64,000 nucleotides of DNA from Nitrosopumilus sp. (GCA_965219345.1 OZ244732.1:800001-864000), one strand, 5' to 3'. Shown: positions 48,531 to 58,865, numbered from the stretch's first letter. A program made the numbers and translations. The notes: generated by a model not told the origin, from the sequence alone.

Positions 48531-50081
48531 TCATTCAGTAGCTGCTTTAATAAATTCCCCAGGATTTTTACCAATTCCTTCGGGCAAATTAGTTATTCCA
48601 CCATTCAAGCTTTCAGTTACTATGCCTTTACTTGCAAGAACTTGAGCAGTCGTTAATGATGTGTTTCCAGCCATGCAAATTAACAATGATTTACCTTTAG
48701 AGCCGTCTAGTTCTTTGCCAAGCTCTTCTGGAATTTGCTGTGTTGATAATAATTCATTGATAGTGCTTGCTTTTGGGATTGCAATTTTTTCTTTAGCTAT
48801 TCCTAAAGATTTAGCAATCATTTCAATCCCTGCTTCTTTTGGAGTATATTGAGGATGGACCCAAATTATTTTATCATAATCTTGAACACTAGATACTGCT
48901 TCATCCAATGAAACTTGAATACGCTGACTAGTTGACATTGCTTCTAGATTTTTTCTATATTTCTCTATACCGTCAGCAACTACAACTACATATTTTCCTT
49001 TATCTCCATCACTCACCATTTCTAATATGGTATATAGTGCAAGTGCTGTGCTTTCACCAATGTTGTGACCTTTATCTACAAAGAATTTTAGTAAATGTTT
49101 TGCCTGCCCAAAATCAATCTCATGCTCTGCGGCATATGCATCTGGATTGTACAACTTTAGCCCGTCTGCTTTGGCCTTCGTTCTAATTCCTGCAACGTCT
49201 TGGCCTGCGGGCGGAAATACCACATGTACAGATTTCTTTCCGTATTTTTCATTCATGTATTTACTTAATCCGCCGGATGTACCACCTGTTCCAAAAGAAC
49301 AAAGTATCCTATAATCTTCTAATGAATCTCCATTTTCATGTAATTGCTGATCAATTTCTACTGCGGTAATTGTTCTATGAGCTTCAATGTTTAATTCATT
49401 ATCGTATTGTTCCGGACAGAAACAACCATAAATTTTTGAAATTAGTTTTGCTAGATTAATAATATCTTCTGCAGCCAATAGTTTTTCAATTTCCTCAATG
49501 GACTCATCAAATTTTGTAGGATCAAAACCCAATTCGGCTAATTGAGAGCGTATGTTTCCGGCAGTTGCTTTTGCTTTTAACGCATCAGCATCAGCATCTT
49601 TCATTCCGGGAGCAGGACAAATATCCATGTCTAGATCCATTATGCGAATATTTTCATTTCTTAATTCCTTAAAGACCCCTTCTTGTAATTTTCTTGAAAC
49701 AAGAGAAACAACAGTCAATCCTAGTTTTGACATTTGACCAAGAGCAATTCCAAAATTTCCTGATGTTGCCTCAATTATTGTTTGATTACCATTCAGCTTT
49801 CCTGTTTTAATTGCATCATGCATGATGTAAATGGCGGGTCTGATTTTGATTGAACCCGATACCAAGTTAGAATCAAATTTTCCATATACTTTCAAGTCCA
49901 AATCTGAAATATCCAATTTGTAAAGGTTTTTTGCACATTCCTTAAGATCACTAGTAAGATCAACTAATGGTGTGGCATTGATTACTTTGCCTTCTTCTAA
50001 ATGTGGAATTTTATTCCATATCTCTTGTTCAAAGCGTTCAAGAAGTACGTTATCAGTATTGATTCCTTTGATTTCTTCCAA
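48531..50081 (-). CDS. PLP-dependent cysteine-synthase-like enzyme with C-terminal rhodanese-like domain
   Basis: SGSIKIR (PLP Lys), EATSGNFG, GTGGT; C-terminal ICMAGNTS...SLNGG. Confidence 0.85.
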   Translation of the reverse strand: MEEIKGINTDNVLLERFEQEIWNKIPHLEEGKVINATPLVDLTSDLKECAKNLYKLDISDLDLKVYGKFDSNLVSGSIKIRPAIYIMHDAIKTGKLNGNQTIIEATSGNFGIALGQMSKLGLTVVSLVSRKLQEGVFKELRNENIRIMDLDMDICPAPGMKDADADALKAKATAGNIRSQLAELGFDPTKFDESIEEIEKLLAAEDIINLAKLISKIYGCFCPEQYDNELNIEAHRTITAVEIDQQLHENGDSLEDYRILCSFGTGGTSGGLSKYMNEKYGKKSVHVVFPPAGQDVAGIRTKAKADGLKLYNPDAYAAEHEIDFGQAKHLLKFFVDKGHNIGESTALALYTILEMVSDGDKGKYVVVVADGIEKYRKNLEAMSTSQRIQVSLDEAVSSVQDYDKIIWVHPQYTPKEAGIEMIAKSLGIAKEKIAIPKASTINELLSTQQIPEELGKELDGSKGKSLLICMAGNTSLTTAQVLASKGIVTESLNGGITNLPEGIGKNPGEFIKAATE

Positions 50082-50109
50082 AAGTCTTTCTCCTAAAAAT
50101 TCTAATGAA

Positions 50110-51672
50110 TTATCCTTCTAAAATACTAATCACTTTACTTGGAATATCGTTTAGTCTACTAACTGCCACAGTTTTTTCATATCCTAAATGTTTTAGATTA
50201 TTTGCTATGGTAGTAGCCCTTATCGTATTTGGGCCCAAGCCTAAAGCCACCATATTGATGCCTAATCTTTTGAAAGATTTTGTCATATTTCTTACTGCAT
50301 TAGGATCTGATGGTTCACCATCAGTTAGTGTCAAAAAAATATCTGGTCTTTTTGATTGTAACATTGGAAACATTTTATCATAAACTTCTGCTAGAGGAGT
50401 TGATCCATTGGCAACGATCTGTGCTAATCGTTTTGCCGTAATATTATTCCATTTAACATTATCTTTTTTTATAGACCAGCAAACCACAGATCTGTTTTGA
50501 GTACTAAATGCATATACTGCAAATTTTACCTTAAGAAAAGCTAAAACTTCACAAAGTGCCAGAGTTGCCTTTTTGTATTCTAGAGCATCTGATGCAATAC
50601 TTGATGAGTGATCCAACAAAATTACAATTTTGGTTTTAATGGATTTTTTTATATCTGTAAAAAATGGTTCATGGCCCTCAATGTAATTTTCTTCATCAAG
50701 CTCATCTCCTGATCTTTGATGTTGTTCTTTCCATCCATATTTCCATTCCTTAAATTTAATTTTTAATCGATTAATCAAATTCATATCATATATGGTAGTT
50801 TCATTAACATTCTTTGTAGACGGAATTTGAATTCCTATTGCTTCCGGACTTAATCCTTTATTTTCCATTTTTTTGTTTTCATCAAGTAATACTTTATACT
50901 CATCATAGACATTTTTTCCTCTTAATATAGATGCTGAATTAGCTGAACCAAAATCCCCTTCTCTGTTTTTAGAAATTATTTTTAGAATCTTCAATAATTC
51001 TTCTTCTGATAATGCCATCCCTGCTTTCATAAAAGGTAAGGATACCGGTATTGTAAGAAGTGAATCAATATCTAAAATCTTGATTATCTCACTTACATTT
51101 TTTTCAAGCCAATCTGTATCATACTTCTCCTCAATCGCTTTGTTAACATTTTTTTTTGCAAATACAGTTGCTTTTTTTATTTTTTCGAAATGACTAGATT
51201 GAATTTCTCCTTTAATTGCCCCAAACATGAAATATTGATAAAATGCCTCTACAATCCTTGCTTTTCCATAAACTGTGTTTAGTTGAGGTCTTGCTACTAG
51301 CATATAGGCATAGTTGAAGATAATCTCACCATCCATTCCTTTCCAAATTTTCCTGCCTAATCGTTCAATTCTTTGTGTTTCCATTGTATTAAGAATAAAT
51401 CCAAATGCATGATCATTGCTAAGAATCTTTTTACAAAATTTTACTCTCATTGCTTCATACCATAATGACGTTCGGAATTGACGATATTTTTGAAAATCAC
51501 TCCCAATTCTTTTTTCAAGTGGTGTTATGATTACTTTTTTTTCATTAAGCCTTGTTCTGGTTTCCATCTTATCTGAGATTTCTACAATCATTTTATCTTC
51601 TTCAGACCATCTTCTTACAAGAAAGGTAGCAATCTCTACTATTGATTCGTTTTGAAGTTGAATTGCTTGCAT
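50110..51672 (-). CDS. VWA-domain protein (NorD/CbbO-like)
   Basis: MIDAS DHSSS, GSTP, LTDGEP. Confidence 0.88.
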   Translation of the reverse strand: MQAIQLQNESIVEIATFLVRRWSEEDKMIVEISDKMETRTRLNEKKVIITPLEKRIGSDFQKYRQFRTSLWYEAMRVKFCKKILSNDHAFGFILNTMETQRIERLGRKIWKGMDGEIIFNYAYMLVARPQLNTVYGKARIVEAFYQYFMFGAIKGEIQSSHFEKIKKATVFAKKNVNKAIEEKYDTDWLEKNVSEIIKILDIDSLLTIPVSLPFMKAGMALSEEELLKILKIISKNREGDFGSANSASILRGKNVYDEYKVLLDENKKMENKGLSPEAIGIQIPSTKNVNETTIYDMNLINRLKIKFKEWKYGWKEQHQRSGDELDEENYIEGHEPFFTDIKKSIKTKIVILLDHSSSIASDALEYKKATLALCEVLAFLKVKFAVYAFSTQNRSVVCWSIKKDNVKWNNITAKRLAQIVANGSTPLAEVYDKMFPMLQSKRPDIFLTLTDGEPSDPNAVRNMTKSFKRLGINMVALGLGPNTIRATTIANNLKHLGYEKTVAVSRLNDIPSKVISILEG

Positions 51673-52464
51673 TTAATTACCAAACATTGAAGTAATGATG
51701 TCACTTACTTTTTGGTATTCTATATTTCCCCACTGTGTGTATACATTTCCAAAAACAAAATTTGCTGCGTCTTTTGGAGACATTCCTTTGTCTAACATTT
51801 TTCCAAAAGCAATAGTTTCTCTCAAGCTAGGAGAATAAAATAATTCTTCAACAGCAGCAGCTTGTCTTAAAATGTTTGCTAGTTTAATTGCTTGAATGAT
51901 TTCTGATTCATGTTCTCCAGAAACATGTTTTTTTATAATTTCTAATTCAATGTTCTCTGGCGGATATTCTAATCTAATTCGTACTGGAAATCTACTTAGT
52001 ATCTGTGGTGGGAGTTCCTTTGTTCCACTATGTGTTAATGGATTTATAGTTGCGACTACAAACCAATTTTCTTTTGCTTTGATTACTTCTCCTGTTGATT
52101 CTTTTAATACAATTTGTTTTCTATCATCTAACGCTTCATCAAGTCTGAGTAAAACATCAGCTTCAGCTGAATTAATTTCATCCAGGTAAAGTATGTCTCC
52201 CTCTTTCATTGATTTTATCAAAATTCCTTCATCAAAGCTTACAGTTCCATCTGTGAGCGTTTTTGTGCCAACAAGATGACTCTCTCTGGTTCTGAGGCTA
52301 AAATTAATGGATTCTAGATTTACATTCTTGTTTTTTGCAAAATCTCTAACTAAGGATGTCTTTCCAGTTCCCTTTGGCCCTATAATGAGCACAAAAAGAC
52401 CAGCTTCATGCGCCTTATTCAGAATTTGAATTGAGTTATTCCAATCTAGATATTGTATTTCCAA
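51673..52464 (-). CDS. CbbQ/NirQ/NorQ-type MoxR AAA+ ATPase
   Basis: GPKGTGKT, YLDEIN, ATINP, SRF, SLRE. Confidence 0.9.
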   Translation of the reverse strand: MEIQYLDWNNSIQILNKAHEAGLFVLIIGPKGTGKTSLVRDFAKNKNVNLESINFSLRTRESHLVGTKTLTDGTVSFDEGILIKSMKEGDILYLDEINSAEADVLLRLDEALDDRKQIVLKESTGEVIKAKENWFVVATINPLTHSGTKELPPQILSRFPVRIRLEYPPENIELEIIKKHVSGEHESEIIQAIKLANILRQAAAVEELFYSPSLRETIAFGKMLDKGMSPKDAANFVFGNVYTQWGNIEYQKVSDIITSMFGN

Positions 52465-52556
52465 AGTATGTTTTCATTGATTTAAACAATATTTAATATT
52501 AGATCTAATTTCCAAATGCTTCTCTTTTGACATACGATTGATACCTTTTTGTACAT

Positions 52557-52810
52557 TTGAAATTATACTGTATCGTGCGAAAAGTAGACCCAATATCCAA
52601 AGATGAGGCATGGGATAACTTTGTTTCAGCAATTAACAACGAAAAGACTCTGGAAAACTATGTTAGATCACTAAATGAATTCATGGCATTTCATAATCTT
52701 AGAAGCTATGATAAATTCATCAAAGTATCTGTACCTCAAATCCAAAACTTTCTAAAAGAATGGATTAATCATTTAAAATCAAAGAATCTACAGGGAAATA
52801 CAATCATGTT
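52557..52810 (+). pseudogene. N-terminal fragment of a tyrosine integrase
   Basis: EAWDNFVSAINNEKTLENYVRSLNEFM...LQGNTI resembles the N-terminus of the integrase at 21.6 kb; no catalytic domain follows. Confidence 0.6.
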
Positions 52811-53100
52811 CAAAATAACGAAAAACTTCCCAAAGCATGATAGCACCAAAAACTATTCTAAAATAGATCAGTATTGCAATATCGTTTGGTTCAAAAAGTT
52901 TTTTCAAAACAGTGTTTTCAGACAATGAGTATATTGTAAAAAATAGTTTCTAAACTCTTTTTGTTTTACTAAAATTTAACATAAATTAGAATCTTTTAGT
53001 AAACAAAAACTAACAACATTTCTTTGAATTTTAGAATCTTGAACTAAAACATAAAGACCCTTTGACGGACTAAATTTTCATGGGTTTGAGACTATTTTCT

Positions 53101-53152
53101 TTACCCCTACATTTTCTTTAAAAATGATAATTTTATAAATATGTAGGGGTAA
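53101..53152 (+). promoter_or_regulatory. Inverted repeat flanking the Fic gene TATA box
   Basis: TTACCCCTACAT (53101-53112) and ATGTAGGGGTAA (53141-53152) around TTTATAAA (53132-53139). Confidence 0.65.
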
Positions 53153-53161
53153 CTAAATACC

Positions 53162-54049
53162 ATGGTGAGAATAAAGAAAAAATTGCTAAAGGGAAAATTA
53201 TACTATTATCTTGAACACAGTATACGAGAAGGCAAAAAAGTGCAAAAAAAGGAAAAGTACCTAGGAGGAAAGATACCTTCTAACATAGACAAAATCAAAA
53301 AAGAATTCGTTGACGAGATACGCAATAAAATATGGTATGCAGACATAGGCAAAATCAAGAAGAATTTCTCAAAAGAAGAAAAAACCTTACCAAAATCAAT
53401 CAAAGAAAAGAATCTACAAAACTTTGCTATCAGATTCACATATGATACACAACGAATCGAAGGCTCAACTCTAACCAGAAGAGAGACTGCTGACCTACTG
53501 GAAAAAGGAATCACCCCAAAAAGTAAACCTATGGGAGATGTTCAAGAAGCAGAAGCACACAGAGATCTGTTCTACGACATTCTGAAATTCAAAAAAAACT
53601 TTACACTACAAGCGATGCTTGATTGGCACTGGACTCTTTTCAATAAAACAAATCCTGATGTCGCTGGTAGTATAAGAAAATATCAAGTTGGAATAGGTGG
53701 AAGCAAGTTTATGCCACCTTCTCCTGTAGAGGTGTATCCAAAGCTTACAGAGTTTTTCAAATGGTATAAAAAAAATAAAGATAATCTTCATCCTGTAGAA
53801 ATTGCGGCACTTGTACATCTGAAACTTGTGACTATACATCCTTTTGGAGATGGAAACGGTCGTATCACAAGACTCGTAATGAACTTTGTACTGAACAGAA
53901 AAAAATATCCTCTGTTTGATATTCCGTATGAGAATAGGAACAGCTACTATAACGCTCTGGAAAGATCACAGGTAAAAAAAGACGATAAGATATTTCTTCA
54001 GTGGTTTGTAAAGCGATATACAAAGGAATACAAGCGATACCTAAAGTAA
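53162..54049 (+). CDS. Fic-family AMPylase (class II-like) with basic N-terminal beta-hairpin
   Basis: HPFGDGNGRITR active site; inhibitory motif TQRIEG; N-terminus KGKLYYYLEHSIREGKKV..YLG. Confidence 0.92.
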   Translation: MVRIKKKLLKGKLYYYLEHSIREGKKVQKKEKYLGGKIPSNIDKIKKEFVDEIRNKIWYADIGKIKKNFSKEEKTLPKSIKEKNLQNFAIRFTYDTQRIEGSTLTRRETADLLEKGITPKSKPMGDVQEAEAHRDLFYDILKFKKNFTLQAMLDWHWTLFNKTNPDVAGSIRKYQVGIGGSKFMPPSPVEVYPKLTEFFKWYKKNKDNLHPVEIAALVHLKLVTIHPFGDGNGRITRLVMNFVLNRKKYPLFDIPYENRNSYYNALERSQVKKDDKIFLQWFVKRYTKEYKRYLK

Positions 54050-54194
54050 TTTTTTGTATGGAATTAAACAATAAAATGTAGTCCTAAACTAAATTACTGG
54101 GGCTCTTTTGAGGGTTAATCATTCCCCATAATTGGCTCAAATCTAAGAAATTGAATACGAATTAGCTCTAAATTTCATTTAGTTTTATGGTATA

Positions 54195-54395
54195 TACTGT
54201 CGAGCAAAAGTTCATGAGATCAAACTTATCCGACAGAAACACATTTTGATCACGCCGCACCACGCATGACAATGTCAGCCGTAAAACCAAGGGATCTCAA
54301 AAAAGCGTACAAGAGGGAAAAGGATCCGAGGGTGCGTGCAAGAATGCTTGCAGTAAACATGGTCTGCATGAACAGCCAAAGCATCCAGCATGCAG
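54195..54395 (+). pseudogene. IS630-like left end and transposase N-terminal fragment
   Basis: TA-CTGTCGAGCAAAAGTT end; LKKAYKREKDPRVRARMLAV motif. Confidence 0.55.
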
Positions 54396-54728
54396 TTTTC
54401 CGGCCTGCCCATGGGTGCGGGATGCGATATGTCCCGTGCAACGCGGTTTTTGTGCCTAACCCACAGCCTCCGGACCCACCGCACCGTCACGCCCATGGAT
54501 TCTGCAATCTGGGCGTTTGTGAGGACGTCCTTTCTCTTCTCCCGCACTATCCATCGTATCCCTGATTCGGTTAGCTTCATGTTGTTTGGGTGTTCCAGGC
54601 TCACGCATCTTCCTAGCCTTTTGCGCCATACCCACACGCCCTTGTTTCCCGTGATGGTAAGGCTGGTGCACCTGCTTCTGGCCGACTCCACATACTTGGA
54701 GAAGAGGTGAACGACTTTCCGTACAACA
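54396..54728 (-). pseudogene. IS481-like left end and transposase N-terminal fragment
   Basis: End TGTTGTACGGAAAGTCG at 54728; ATG at 54580 gives MKLTESGIRWIVREK...IAESMGVTVRWVRRLW (HTH). Confidence 0.65.
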
Positions 54729-54844
54729 TAAAGATGACTCGGATGATGAATAACTAGTGAATCTCATAGATTGAGCCTAGAATTTGATTTAATTAGTAAT
54801 TTTTCAACGATTTCATTAATTTCAAAAGTGGGTTTTTGTATCAA

Positions 54845-56302
54845 TCATGTACCAAAAGCTTCTACTTTTGTAACTGCTTCATCAAATCTCTGATGTAGCG
54901 TCTTATTCCATTCATCAAAACCTGAAGGATCTTTTGGATAATTGTGGTAATGTTCAACTAGCCATTGATTTTGTTCTGATGTGTATTTTAGCGCTTTTGC
55001 AACTGTCTTATTCATCGCACCTCTAATGATCATCCCAATCTTTCCTAATCCCGAAAAGTCTGGATGCTCACCTTTGCTAATTGATTCAACATCAAGATTT
55101 CCCAAAAAGTGTTTCATTCCATAACTGATTTGATCATTAGTCATTTGTTGTACTAATCCTCTAAAAAGTTCAAGACCTGCAGTCTTGTATCCATATTCTT
55201 TGATAAAGTCAAGATTGTATTGCCAAAGACTTGCTTCTGAAACATCCTTTCCTTCTATTGCTTGAACTACATTATTTCCAATAATTGCTCCTGCAATTAA
55301 TGCAGGCCCTATTCCACCCGCATCAATTGCTTTTGGCATCCATGCAGAATCTCCAACTAACATGAATCCTCCAGATACCATACAATCATTTTGTCTTCTA
55401 ACTGAAACTTGGAAAACCCCCGAATTATTGTTAATATCCTCAGGATCTTCTGATAATCTTGAATTTTTGATTGCTTTATTCCTTTCAAGATATTCTTTCA
55501 TTAATGATGCTACGTTGTCTTTCTTACCAAGTCTTTGGTTTCTTTTATCTAAAAATGATTTTTCAACTCCTAAACCAATGTTAACTTTGTTATCTGCTTT
55601 AGGAAACACCCATCCATATCCGCCAGGCGCAATATCTTGATCTAAATGAATTATACAATAATCAGGATCAAATTCTGTAAGATCTTTTTGTCCTTGATCA
55701 AAATACATAATGTATCTACCTGTAGATTCCAAATCTCGTCTATCAATTCTTTTTTCTACTTTTGTTGAGTTTTGAAGTCCATTTCTAAGCGTAGATGTAA
55801 CTCCAGTTGCATCAACTACAATTTTTGATGTTTTCTTAAATGGTTGTTTTGTTTTGTTATCTATTCCTTGAATCCCTATTACTTGTTGACCATCGTAAAT
55901 TAGGCCAGTGAGGTTAATCTCATACTCAAACTCAATTCCTATTTTTCTACATCTTTCATTTTGAATTTCAGGTAGCTTTTGGCGATTTAACATGAATCCA
56001 GCTCCATCAAATGGAATTGCAGTTTCTCTGTCTGGCGAAAATGCCATTACACCTTTTACATCATGTTCAATTTCTGGTTTGGTCCATTCAACTTTAATTC
56101 TATCTGACATGAAATCTACAGCCTCCTTGGAACATGCATCTCCACATACCCAACCAGCCAATGATTTTCTACCAGGTAAAAATTCTGTATTTCTATCAAT
56201 AACCAAAATCTTTAGGTTTTGATTAGAATAATGAGAAATAGACTGTGCTGTAATTGTACCTGCAAGGCCCCCACCAGCAACTATAACATCGTAATCTGCC
56301 AC
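54845..56302 (-). CDS. Geranylgeranyl-reductase-family FAD oxidoreductase
   Basis: YDVIVAGGGLAG, CGDA, GGYGWVFPK, LVGDSA, GGGI-like AGGIGPA. Confidence 0.88.
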   Translation of the reverse strand: MADYDVIVAGGGLAGTITAQSISHYSNQNLKILVIDRNTEFLPGRKSLAGWVCGDACSKEAVDFMSDRIKVEWTKPEIEHDVKGVMAFSPDRETAIPFDGAGFMLNRQKLPEIQNERCRKIGIEFEYEINLTGLIYDGQQVIGIQGIDNKTKQPFKKTSKIVVDATGVTSTLRNGLQNSTKVEKRIDRRDLESTGRYIMYFDQGQKDLTEFDPDYCIIHLDQDIAPGGYGWVFPKADNKVNIGLGVEKSFLDKRNQRLGKKDNVASLMKEYLERNKAIKNSRLSEDPEDINNNSGVFQVSVRRQNDCMVSGGFMLVGDSAWMPKAIDAGGIGPALIAGAIIGNNVVQAIEGKDVSEASLWQYNLDFIKEYGYKTAGLELFRGLVQQMTNDQISYGMKHFLGNLDVESISKGEHPDFSGLGKIGMIIRGAMNKTVAKALKYTSEQNQWLVEHYHNYPKDPSGFDEWNKTLHQRFDEAVTKVEAFGT

Positions 56303-56392
56303 GATAATGAAATTTGTCTATCCGTATTTAAAATAATACCATGATAAAATGTAAGGAATTCTTACAACAAATTCCCATGATCGATTAAAAAT

Positions 56393-56461
56393 GGGGTCGG
56401 TTCGTCGCGGCGTCTTCAAGGCTTTCGCTCAGACTGGAGCGGCTATTATTTCCTCATTCCC
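56393..56461 (-). ncRNA. C/D-box guide sRNA
   Basis: GGGA-[C ATGAGGA]-AATAATAGCCGCTCCAGT-[D' CTGA]-GCGAAAGCC-[C' TTGAAGA]-CGCCGCGACGAA-[D CCGA]-CCCC; terminal stem; GC-rich island in AT-rich spacer. Confidence 0.85.
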
Positions 56462-56492
56462 AAATTTAATAATTCTATTATTCTTATTTAAT

Positions 56493-56921
56493 CTAGTTGG
56501 CAATTTGAAAAATTTCTGTGAATGTTTTGACAGTATTTTTTTTGTTGTAAATAGGAGTGTGAATTTTTATTTTTATTGTATCTTTCTCTCCAAATGCAAG
56601 GTTTCCTTTGACTAGTTCTTGTTTGTCTAATCTCATATGAAATCTAGAATCAATTGTTCTTTCTTCAATTTCTTCAATTAATTCATTGATTTGCTCAATA
56701 GATAACAATTCCAAAAATTTTCTCATAAAATTTTGAGCCTCTTTTTTTACTATTTTTGAATTTAGCACAATTATTGGATTATCAAAGTGTCCTGCGGTCT
56801 CATGAATTGTAAAATTTTCTTCTTTTAGGTCTAACAATTCTTCAAAAGATTGGTACATTTTTGAAATGTCTTCAGTTGCATGAATAATTACATCAATTGT
56901 CACTTCTATCTTATCAATCAT
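56493..56921 (-). CDS. Archaeal RNA-binding protein (DUF54-like)
   Basis: HATED, GHFDNPI, RLDKQ motifs. Confidence 0.8.
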   Translation of the reverse strand: MIDKIEVTIDVIIHATEDISKMYQSFEELLDLKEENFTIHETAGHFDNPIIVLNSKIVKKEAQNFMRKFLELLSIEQINELIEEIEERTIDSRFHMRLDKQELVKGNLAFGEKDTIKIKIHTPIYNKKNTVKTFTEIFQIAN

Positions 56922-56947
56922 GATTGTAAAAGAATAATGCTAGTTTA

Positions 56948-57559
56948 TTATGCTTCAAGTAAGATTGTTTCTTTGTCTGCAGTTCTAATGAGTTTCACTT
57001 TCTCAAGACCTACGTGTCTCACTCTGATAACTTTCTTGAATGCTGCCATAATATCTGAATTTATCTTACTATAACAAGTGGCCTGGACAAATTGTTCAAC
57101 TGTCATTTCTGGAACTGTCTTGTTAATTACGTCTTTTGCAATTAATCTAAGAGCATGTTTTCTAGATGTGTTTAGTTGTCTATGGGTTAGAGCAATTACT
57201 TTGACTCTAAAGATGTATCCATCTTTTGTTTTGATATCAATGATAAAATTAATTTTTGATGAACCACGTCTAACTAAACTACGCAAAAATTCTTTTGAAT
57301 ATTCAAATCTCTTAAAAATTGTTGATGCTTTATCTCCATCAACCTTGTCAATCTGAAAATACATTTTGTACTGATGTTGTGAAGGATCTCCCTTTAGAAT
57401 ATCATAAAGTGTTACTTCTAAAACTCTACCTATTGTGTTTTCATCGCTTGTAATTGGAACATAAGCAATTGGGACAACATTAAATGATTCTGGAGCATTT
57501 ACTGTAACCCAGCGTTTTTCCCTCCACTTGTCTTTTACTCGACCTTTTCTACGTGCCAA
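56948..57559 (-). CDS. rps3ae: 30S ribosomal protein S3ae (eS1)
   Basis: KDKWREKRW, GRVLEVTLYD, RSLVRRGSSKI. Confidence 0.95.
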   Translation of the reverse strand: MARRKGRVKDKWREKRWVTVNAPESFNVVPIAYVPITSDENTIGRVLEVTLYDILKGDPSQHQYKMYFQIDKVDGDKASTIFKRFEYSKEFLRSLVRRGSSKINFIIDIKTKDGYIFRVKVIALTHRQLNTSRKHALRLIAKDVINKTVPEMTVEQFVQATCYSKINSDIMAAFKKVIRVRHVGLEKVKLIRTADKETILLEA

Positions 57560-57596
57560 TTATTATCGACCTTTAAATCCAAAATATAAGGGTATG

Positions 57597-58865
57597 TTAC
57601 CAGATCTCTTTCTGATTTCCCATGTAACTTTGTAAAACCTTGGGAATTGTAAAATGTCCATCCTTTGTTTGATTATTTTCCATTATTGAAACCAAAACTC
57701 TGGTTGTGGCAACAAGGGTACTGTTAAGCGTGTGTAAATATTGCGTATCTTCATTTGTTTTATCTCTAAATCTGATTTTCAATCTTCTTGCCTGATAATC
57801 CAAACAGTTTGAGCAAGAAACAATTTCTCTATAAGCATTTTGTCCTGCCATCCATGCTTCAATATCATATGTCTTTGCTGAAACTTTTCCCATATCTCCA
57901 GTTGATAGTAACATCACTTTATGTGGAATTTCTAATTTCTGATAAAATTCTTCGGCCAATGTCAACATTTTTTCATGCTCGTTCCAAGAATCTTCTGGTC
58001 TTGAAAATACAAATTGCTCAATTTTGTCAAACTGATGCACTCTGAAAATTCCTTTTTGATCTCTTCCATGTGCACCAGCCTCTTTTCTAAAACATGGACT
58101 AACGCCAGCATATCTTATAGGCAGATCTTTTCCCTCAATGATTTCCTTTGAGTGCATTGCTGCTATGGCATGTTCAGATGTTCCAATCATGTATAGATCT
58201 TCTTCTTCCACCTTGTAGATTACTTCTTCAAAATCATTTGCAATTACTGCACCTTCCATTGATTCTCGATTAATCATATATGGTGGCTGAACAAGAACAT
58301 ACTCTTTTTTTGCAAGAAAATCTAATGCGTAGTGAATTAGTGATTGGTTTAATCTTACCAAGTCATTTTTTAGATAATAGAATCTGGCTCCCGCAACCTT
58401 TGCAGCTCTTTCCAAGTCTACCAAATCCAAATTTTCAGAAATATCAATATGATCCTTTATTTTAAAATCAAAATTTGGAATTTCTCCCCATTTTCTAAGC
58501 TCTTTATTTGCACTTTCATCTGCTCCAATAGGAATTGATTCATGAACAAGGTTTGGAATTGTAAGTGCCAAATTAGAATAGGCGTTTTCAATAGTTTCTT
58601 GCTCTGATTCTAATTTTGCAAGTTCATCTGAGACTTGAACCATTTCATTTAAAATCTTGGTTGTATCTTCTCCTGCTTTTTTCTTTTGAGATATTTGAAT
58701 CCCCACCTCGTTTTTCTTTTTTCGAAGATTATCAGTTTCTATGATAAATTCACGCCTTTTTTGATCAAATTCTATTAATTCATCTAAATCAAAATCTACA
58801 GACCTTGCTTTGAGCATGTCTCGAATAATCTGTGGTTTTTCTTTAATTAATTTAGGATCTAACAT
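57597..58865 (-). CDS. serS: Seryl-tRNA synthetase
   Basis: MLDPKLI, GTSE, FRKEAG...GIFRVHQF, EIVSCSNC, HTLNST. Confidence 0.97.
   Translation of the reverse strand: MLDPKLIKEKPQIIRDMLKARSVDFDLDELIEFDQKRREFIIETDNLRKKKNEVGIQISQKKKAGEDTTKILNEMVQVSDELAKLESEQETIENAYSNLALTIPNLVHESIPIGADESANKELRKWGEIPNFDFKIKDHIDISENLDLVDLERAAKVAGARFYYLKNDLVRLNQSLIHYALDFLAKKEYVLVQPPYMINRESMEGAVIANDFEEVIYKVEEEDLYMIGTSEHAIAAMHSKEIIEGKDLPIRYAGVSPCFRKEAGAHGRDQKGIFRVHQFDKIEQFVFSRPEDSWNEHEKMLTLAEEFYQKLEIPHKVMLLSTGDMGKVSAKTYDIEAWMAGQNAYREIVSCSNCLDYQARRLKIRFRDKTNEDTQYLHTLNSTLVATTRVLVSIMENNQTKDGHFTIPKVLQSYMGNQKEIW

Noticed and set aside
56391-56615. 74-aa plus-strand ORF
   Set aside because: Antisense to the C/D sRNA and the RNA-binding protein gene; no protein-like features.
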